A stretch of 64,000 nt of DNA. It comes from Phycisphaerae bacterium. GTDB lineage: Bacteria > Planctomycetota > Phycisphaerae > UBA1845. The position numbers and the translations under genes are program-made. The stretch spans positions 1,376,001 through 1,440,000 of the forward strand of contig CAXXGO010000006.1 in NCBI GenBank assembly GCA_963666835.2, read 5' to 3'. Position 1 is the first letter of the stretch. Each line of letters opens with the position of its first letter. Under the pieces are notes generated by a model. That model did not search any database. It saw nothing but the letters and a program-made list of their open reading frames with translations, and was not told where the DNA came from. This document shows, piece after piece, positions 58,261 through 64,000 of this stretch.

Positions 58261-59445
58261 TTAACCCGAGGGATCCGTCTTGGCGCTCCATGCTGCGTTG
58301 GCTGCGGCGACAACCTGACGGAGCGGCACTCCATGCCGCTCGGCGGCGGCTCGACAGTCCTCGTACTCCGGACTGGCGGTAATCAACCCGCCGCCCTCTC
58401 CGACTTTCATACGCAACTTGCCGTAGGTTGTTGACACGATCTCGTGGTGGCGGCACAGAATCGTACGTTTTGTCTCATGCCGACGTATACCGAACGTCGG
58501 CGTCTCGGCAAACAGGACCCTCTCCAGAGCCGAGACTCGTCCGGGTTCGCAAAGAACGGTCAATACCACGCCCGGACGGGACTTCTTCATCTGTATCGGC
58601 ACGGCATACGCGTCGAGTGCACCCTCGGCCATCAGACGCTCGATGCAGTAGCCGATCGTCTCCGCTGAGACATCGTCCAGATTAGTTTCCAGTACTGTTA
58701 CCCGGTTGGTGTCGGTATTGCCGGGGATGTCCCCGACCAAGACGCGCAGGATGTTCGGACGACCACGACCCTCCCGCGTGCCGGCACCGCAACCCACCGT
58801 CCGCAGTGTCATGGCCGGCGGCGGCCCGAATGCCGCCGCGAGAGTACTGAGCAACGCTGCTGCGGTAGGTGTGACCAGTTCGCCCACTTCGTCACCCGGA
58901 CAAACCGGTATATCCTTGAGCAGCTCGATCGTGGCCGGCGCCGGCACCGGCAAGGTGCCGTGGGCGCACTTGACAGTTCCCGAGCCGATCGCCACCGGGG
59001 AGCAAGTTACTTGTTCTACGCCGAGCAGCTCGAGAGCCAACACCGCTCCCACGATGTCGAGGATGGAATCGACCGCTCCAACCTCGTGGAAGTGGACTTT
59101 CTCGATATCCGAACCGTGTACCGCCGCCTCGGCTTCGGCCAGTCTCCGGAACACTCGGCTCGCTTTGTCCTTAACGGAATCGGACAGGGTGGAACCCGTG
59201 ATGATCCCCAGGATGTCCGCCAGGTGCCGGTGCGGCTGATCGGCCGGGTCCTCCAAGTCCACTTTGAAACGAGTCGCGGCGAAACCTTGCTTATTGGCTC
59301 GCTCGATTGAGAGCGTGTGCCCCCCGATCGCGAGACCGGATAGTCCGGCACACAACGCCTGCCTTGGCGCGCCGGCCGCTATCAGCGCGGCCACGATCAT
59401 ATCGCCGCCGGCGCCGCTAAAGCAGTCGAAGTGCGCGACTTTCAT
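58261..59445 (-). CDS. larC: Nickel pincer cofactor biosynthesis protein LarC
   Basis: DCFSGAGGDM, AEA.VHG...VHFHEVGAVDSI.DIVG, HG.LPVPAPAT, ELVTPT, LETNLDD, MKKSRPG, PEYEDC; no internal frameshift. Confidence 0.95.
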   Translation of the reverse strand: MKVAHFDCFSGAGGDMIVAALIAAGAPRQALCAGLSGLAIGGHTLSIERANKQGFAATRFKVDLEDPADQPHRHLADILGIITGSTLSDSVKDKASRVFRRLAEAEAAVHGSDIEKVHFHEVGAVDSILDIVGAVLALELLGVEQVTCSPVAIGSGTVKCAHGTLPVPAPATIELLKDIPVCPGDEVGELVTPTAAALLSTLAAAFGPPPAMTLRTVGCGAGTREGRGRPNILRVLVGDIPGNTDTNRVTVLETNLDDVSAETIGYCIERLMAEGALDAYAVPIQMKKSRPGVVLTVLCEPGRVSALERVLFAETPTFGIRRHETKRTILCRHHEIVSTTYGKLRMKVGEGGGLITASPEYEDCRAAAERHGVPLRQVVAAANAAWSAKTDPSG

Positions 59446-59461
59446 TTTGACCCTCGGTGTC

Positions 59462-61375
59462 CTACTTGCTCGCTACGTTCTTCGGATAACCGAGCTTGCT
59501 CAGAGACCCCGCTATCTCATCGAGAATCACGGGGTCATCGATCGTCGCCGGCATGCGATACTCGGTACCATCCGCAATCTTCTTCATGACCCCGCGGAGG
59601 ATCTTGCCCGACCGCGTCTTAGGTAGACGTTGAACGACGGTGGCGGTCTTGAAGGCGGCTACCGGACCGATCTTCTCGCGGACCATTTGAATCACCTCCT
59701 TGGTGACTTCGCTGTGATCGCGATCGACCCCGGCTTTCAGAACGATGAAGCCCACCGGGATCTCGCCCTTGAGTTGATCGGCCACGCCCATGACGGCGCA
59801 TTCCGCCACGTCCGGGTGGGAGGCCAGTACTTCTTCCATGCCGCCGGTGGACAGCCGATGTCCGGCAACGTTGATGATGTCGTCGGTCCGGCCCATGATG
59901 AACAGATAGTCGTCTTCGTCCTTGAAGCCGGCGTCGCTGGTGATGTAGTAGCCGGGGAATTCCGACAGATACGAGTCTTTGAACCCCTCGTCGTTATTCC
60001 ACAGTGTCGGCAGGCAGCCCGGCGGCAACGGTAGTTTGACCACGATATTGCCGATCTTTCCGGGCGGCAGTGTCTCGCCACCGTCGTCCAGTACTTGTAC
60101 GTTGAAGCCGGGAGCGGCCTTGGTGGGCGAGCCGGGTTTTACCGGCAGTCCTCCGAGCCCCATGCAGTTTGCGGCGATTGACCAAGCCGTCTCGGTCTGC
60201 CACCAGTGATCTATCACCGGTACCCCGAGCCTCTCCTTCGACCAGTTCAACGTATCCGGGTCGCACCGCTCCCCGGCCAGGAACAGGGTTCGCAGGCTCG
60301 ACAGGTCGTACTTCTTCATGTAATCGCCGGCGGCGTCTTCCCGCTTGATCGCCCGGATCGCCGTCGGCGCGGTGAACAGCACGTTGACTTTGTGATCTGA
60401 GACCACCCGCCAGAACGCTCCCGGGTCCGGTGTGCCGACGGGTTTGCCTTCGAAAAGAACGGTCGTGCATCCCTTCAACAGAGGTCCGTAGATTATGTAC
60501 GAATGGCCCACCACCCAGCCGATGTCGGACGCCGCCCAGTACACATCGCCTGCGTCCACGTTGTAGACCGTCTTCATGCTCCATTTCATTGCCACCGCAT
60601 GGCCGCCGTGGTCGCGAACCACCCCCTTGGGGATCCCGGTGGTTCCGGAGGTGTACAGGATGTACAGGGGGTCAGTTGCCGCAACGGACACGCACTCGGC
60701 CGGCTCGGCCCCGTCCAGAACCGCATCCCAATCGAGGTCCCGCCCGTCCATCATATTGGCCTTGGCCTGGGGACGCTGGCGGATGATGCAATGCGTGGGT
60801 TTGGACTCGGCGATCTCGATCGCCTCGTCCAGAAGCGGTTTGTATTCGATAACGCGTTTGCCTTCGATCCCGCACGACGCCGAGACGATGATCTTAGGCT
60901 TGGCATCGTTGATCCTGGTAGCGAGTTCCTTGGCCGCGAAGCCGCCGAATACTACCGAGTGTACCGCCCCCAAGCGTGCGCAGGCGTACACGGCCACGAC
61001 TGCTTCGGGGATCATGGGCATGTAGATGATGACCCGATCACCCTTCTGGACGCCCTGGCGGCGCAATGCCCCCGCGAACGCGGCGACCTCGTCGCGGAGT
61101 TCCCGATAGGTGTATTTCCGCACGGTTTCGGTGACCGGGCTGTCGTAGATCAAGGCCGGCTGCTCTCCCCGCCCGTTCAAAACGTGGAAATCGAGTGCGT
61201 TGTAGCATGTATTGATCATTCCGCCGGAGAACCAGCGGTAAAACGGCTTGTTCGAGTCGTCCAGTACTCGGTCCCATTTCCGATCCCAGTGAATATCCTC
61301 CGCCACCTCACCCCAGAATCCCGTGGGGTCGTCGATCGATCTGCGGTAGTAGGAGTCGTAAGCCGCTTGGTCCAT
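59462..61375 (-). CDS. prpE: Propionyl-CoA / acetyl-CoA synthetase
   Basis: AGGAGA RBS; YTSGTTGIPKG, DIGWVVGHSY..YGPL, DHWWQTE, LPKTRSGKILR; C-terminal PATIDDP. Confidence 0.88.
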   Translation of the reverse strand: MDQAAYDSYYRRSIDDPTGFWGEVAEDIHWDRKWDRVLDDSNKPFYRWFSGGMINTCYNALDFHVLNGRGEQPALIYDSPVTETVRKYTYRELRDEVAAFAGALRRQGVQKGDRVIIYMPMIPEAVVAVYACARLGAVHSVVFGGFAAKELATRINDAKPKIIVSASCGIEGKRVIEYKPLLDEAIEIAESKPTHCIIRQRPQAKANMMDGRDLDWDAVLDGAEPAECVSVAATDPLYILYTSGTTGIPKGVVRDHGGHAVAMKWSMKTVYNVDAGDVYWAASDIGWVVGHSYIIYGPLLKGCTTVLFEGKPVGTPDPGAFWRVVSDHKVNVLFTAPTAIRAIKREDAAGDYMKKYDLSSLRTLFLAGERCDPDTLNWSKERLGVPVIDHWWQTETAWSIAANCMGLGGLPVKPGSPTKAAPGFNVQVLDDGGETLPPGKIGNIVVKLPLPPGCLPTLWNNDEGFKDSYLSEFPGYYITSDAGFKDEDDYLFIMGRTDDIINVAGHRLSTGGMEEVLASHPDVAECAVMGVADQLKGEIPVGFIVLKAGVDRDHSEVTKEVIQMVREKIGPVAAFKTATVVQRLPKTRSGKILRGVMKKIADGTEYRMPATIDDPVILDEIAGSLSKLGYPKNVASK

Positions 61376-61717
61376 CCGTTCTCTCCTGTCTGGCTCCACG
61401 TTGTTGTCAATGCTCGGCGGTCCGTAGTCGGGCGCCGCGTAGCGTACAGAATACCGAGCCGGCGGCTGGTCCGCCAGGGTGTCGCGACGGAAGGTGCGGC
61501 GCAATCGGGTGATTCGGTTGGGGGGACGTCTCGCCGGCGGTTATGGACCGTACTTTGGCCGTTCGACGCGGGGACGGACGGGGATGCCCCGAGAGAGCTC
61601 TTAGGCCCTCCGACGATCCGGGCAGTACACCGGCCGACCGCTTCGGGCGGGCCGAACGGAACCGTTCTTACGGCAAAGTGACTATTTGCTGTCACTGGCA
61701 CCGCACTTAGGGTGAGG

Positions 61718-62374
61718 TCACGGACGAGCCATACCCTCGCGAATGGCGAAGCGAGTCAGTTCAACGCGGTCGTGGATTCCGAGTTTCGCCATCAGGTTCG
61801 CTGCGTGCCGATCGATGGTCTTCACACTGAGGTCCATTGTGGCGGCGATTTCCTTTTTGGCCAGTCCACGGGCGATGTACTGCAGGATCTCGTGTTCCCG
61901 GGGGGTCAGCGTCGAGACCCGCGTCTTGGATCGCTCGGCAAGCTTGATGGATCCGGAGTCGATAACGATGCGCGAGCGGACCTCCTCGGAGAAGAACGCT
62001 CCTCCGGCCGCGACCTCGCGGATGGCGGTTACGACAACCTCGGGCGGCTCGCGCTTGGTGATGTACCCGCTGGCCTTGGCCTGCAGGGCCTGCTCGATAT
62101 AGCGATCGTGGCAGAACGCGCTGAGGAAGATTATCCGCGCCCCGAGTTGGAAATCGACGATTCTCCGCGCCGCGTCGAACGGAATCAGGCCCGGCATGTC
62201 AATGTCCATCAGGACCACGTCGGGCTTAGAGTCCATGGTTTTCTCGATGGCCTCATCGGCTGTGCCGGCAGTTCCCACCACCGACATATCCGTCTCGCGG
62301 GAGAGTCTTTCCCGGACGGCCCCGCGCACCAGCGCGTGGTCGTCCACGATTAGAATGCGAATGTTGCTGTTCAT
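61718..62374 (-). CDS. NarL/FixJ-family response regulator
   Basis: IVDDH, PDVVLMDIDMPG, GYITK, LTPREHEIL...IA..M.LS.KTI..H. Confidence 0.95.
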   Translation of the reverse strand: MNSNIRILIVDDHALVRGAVRERLSRETDMSVVGTAGTADEAIEKTMDSKPDVVLMDIDMPGLIPFDAARRIVDFQLGARIIFLSAFCHDRYIEQALQAKASGYITKREPPEVVVTAIREVAAGGAFFSEEVRSRIVIDSGSIKLAERSKTRVSTLTPREHEILQYIARGLAKKEIAATMDLSVKTIDRHAANLMAKLGIHDRVELTRFAIREGMARP

Positions 62375-64000
62375 GCTTCGACCACAGCCTCCTCTACAGG
62401 TTCGGCGAACATAGATGCCGCCAGAGAAGTGAGCTCACCCATCTGAAAGGGCTTCCGCAATACGCATAGTCGTTTACCGAGTTCGTCAGAGAACTCCGGG
62501 CTTGTGCCTCCGGTGACGATGATGACCGGGAGATCGGGATAGGACGTTCGGATATCGCTCAGGCACGAGCGTCCGCTCTTCTTGGGCAGGTCCATGTCCA
62601 GCACCACCAGCCGCAAGCCCGGACCGTATTCCTCGACGAGATCCATAGCCTCGACCCCGTCCTTCGCCTGAATGACCTCGTGATGCTCCGCCCGCAGAGT
62701 TGAGGCCATGATTGACCGAATGTGCCACTCGTCCTCAACAAGCAGGACCAGCTCTCCCCGTCCGGAGGGCGTTCTGTCCTTGCGCGAACTCGGCACCACG
62801 TCCGGGGGGACCGTGCAGACTGGCAGCCAGACGGAGAAGCGCGTGCCTTTCTGACAAGCGGTCTTTACACCGATGTGCCCGCCATGGTCGGCCACGATGC
62901 TGTGGATGACCGACAATCCCAGCCCCGTACCTCTCCCGCGGCCCTTGGTGGTGAAGAACGGTTCGAAGATCCGGCCGACCTTGTCCGCGGGGATGCCGCA
63001 TCCGGTATCTTCAACCGCAAGAACCACGCCCGCGCGCCGATGGTCGGCGAAACCCAGCGGTACGCCGAGCTCCGCCCCATCCGACTCCGCGCGGACCGTG
63101 ATGTTCAAGGCGCCCCCGTCCGGCATGGCGTCGCGGGCGTTGAGCGCCATGTTCATGATGACCTGCTGAAGTTGCGTGGCATCGGCGTTGACCCACACCG
63201 CCGGTGCGGAGGCGGTATTGTCGGTGATCTCGATCCCGGCCGAGAGCACCCGACGCAGCAGCCGAGTGGACTCGCGCACCACACTCACCAGATCTACCAG
63301 GGCCTTCGTCGTAGGCACCTTATGAGCGAAGGTCAGCAAGGACTTGGTTACCCCGCTGGCCTGTTGGGAAGCCTCTTCGACGATGTCAAGCGAGCGCACG
63401 GCCGGATGCCCTTCGGGCAAGGTCTCTCTGGCCAGGTCCGTATATGCGAAGATCACGGTCAGCAAGTTGTTGAAATCATGAGCGATACCACTGGAGAGGG
63501 TGCCGACGGCATCCATCTTCTGGGCGTGCCTGAGTTGCTCCTCCAGTTCGATTCTCTCGCGGTCCGCCTGCTCGCGGGCGGTGATGTCTTGGGAGACCTC
63601 GATGACGCCGACGACTTCGTTTCGGTTGTTGCGTACCGGATGACCGCGTACGAGCCAAACACGGTCTTCGGAGATCTTCATCTTCGTTTCCTGCGACCGG
63701 CCCGTCCGGACGGCTTCAACCACGGGGCAACCTTCGCAGCTTACGCCCCGACCGTGCCACGCCTCGTAGCATTTCCTTCCGGTGACCTTCCCGCCTCTGT
63801 CACCGGCCATAGCCAGCGCCGTGCGGTTCGCCCAGATTATGTTCAGGTCCGTATCGTGATAAACGACGTATTCCTGCATTCCATCGAGAACCGCGGCCTT
63901 CTCGCGTTCGGCTATCCACAGGGCTTCTTCCGCCTGTTTGCGATCGGTAATGTCGCGAATGCTCGAACGGTGGCCGAGGCAATCTCCATCCGGGTTGAAG
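62371..64000 (-). CDS. 5'-truncated hybrid PAS sensor histidine kinase with receiver domain
   Basis: Frame open to window edge (IRDITDRK PAC motif); AHDFNNLL, NARDAM, DTGCGI, FEPFFTTK..GTGLGL; receiver LLVEDE...LDMDLP...KPF; ATGA overlap with regulator. Confidence 0.95.
   Translation of the reverse strand, partial: FNPDGDCLGHRSSIRDITDRKQAEEALWIAEREKAAVLDGMQEYVVYHDTDLNIIWANRTALAMAGDRGGKVTGRKCYEAWHGRGVSCEGCPVVEAVRTGRSQETKMKISEDRVWLVRGHPVRNNRNEVVGVIEVSQDITAREQADRERIELEEQLRHAQKMDAVGTLSSGIAHDFNNLLTVIFAYTDLARETLPEGHPAVRSLDIVEEASQQASGVTKSLLTFAHKVPTTKALVDLVSVVRESTRLLRRVLSAGIEITDNTASAPAVWVNADATQLQQVIMNMALNARDAMPDGGALNITVRAESDGAELGVPLGFADHRRAGVVLAVEDTGCGIPADKVGRIFEPFFTTKGRGRGTGLGLSVIHSIVADHGGHIGVKTACQKGTRFSVWLPVCTVPPDVVPSSRKDRTPSGRGELVLLVEDEWHIRSIMASTLRAEHHEVIQAKDGVEAMDLVEEYGPGLRLVVLDMDLPKKSGRSCLSDIRTSYPDLPVIIVTGGTSPEFSDELGKRLCVLRKPFQMGELTSLAASMFAEPVEEAVVEA

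Overview
High-GC bacterial chromosome segment. Gene content suggests Planctomycetota, probably Phycisphaerae (inference: Cys-rich DCNxNG secreted proteins with dockerin-like tails, short GlmU, LpxC-FabZ fusion, no rpsR between ssb and rplI). The core block (10-38 kb) holds ribD, lspA, a dksA-like gene, tRNA-Gln(TTG), glmU-prs-rplY-pth-rpsF-ssb-rplI-dnaB, bamA-skp-lpxD-lpxC/fabZ-lpxA-Gfo/Idh/MocA, rpmB and galE. The right end carries acyl-CoA metabolism genes, larC and a two-component pair. Accessory regions contain: (1) a closely coupled three-gene cassette of unannotated ORFs (53.7-56.2 kb) that I read as a COMMD-like protein, an alpha-helical protein and a permuted papain-like (His-before-Cys) enzyme, which is the best candidate for an undescribed system; (2) a Y1/HUH transposase bounded by 17-bp inverted repeats, whose end motif AAATAGGTGACTGTCCC anchors nested one-ended duplications and micro-repeats at 39-40, 45 and 49 kb; (3) a RelE/HigB-HTH-SecB toxin-antitoxin-chaperone operon whose toxin carries an in-frame TGA; (4) a large secreted gene frameshifted at a C9 tract; (5) an LpxA with an InlB-B-repeat-like tail; (6) a chemoreceptor with four CZB-type motif sets between its two TM helices. 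All family calls come from motif recognition by eye; no searches were run.
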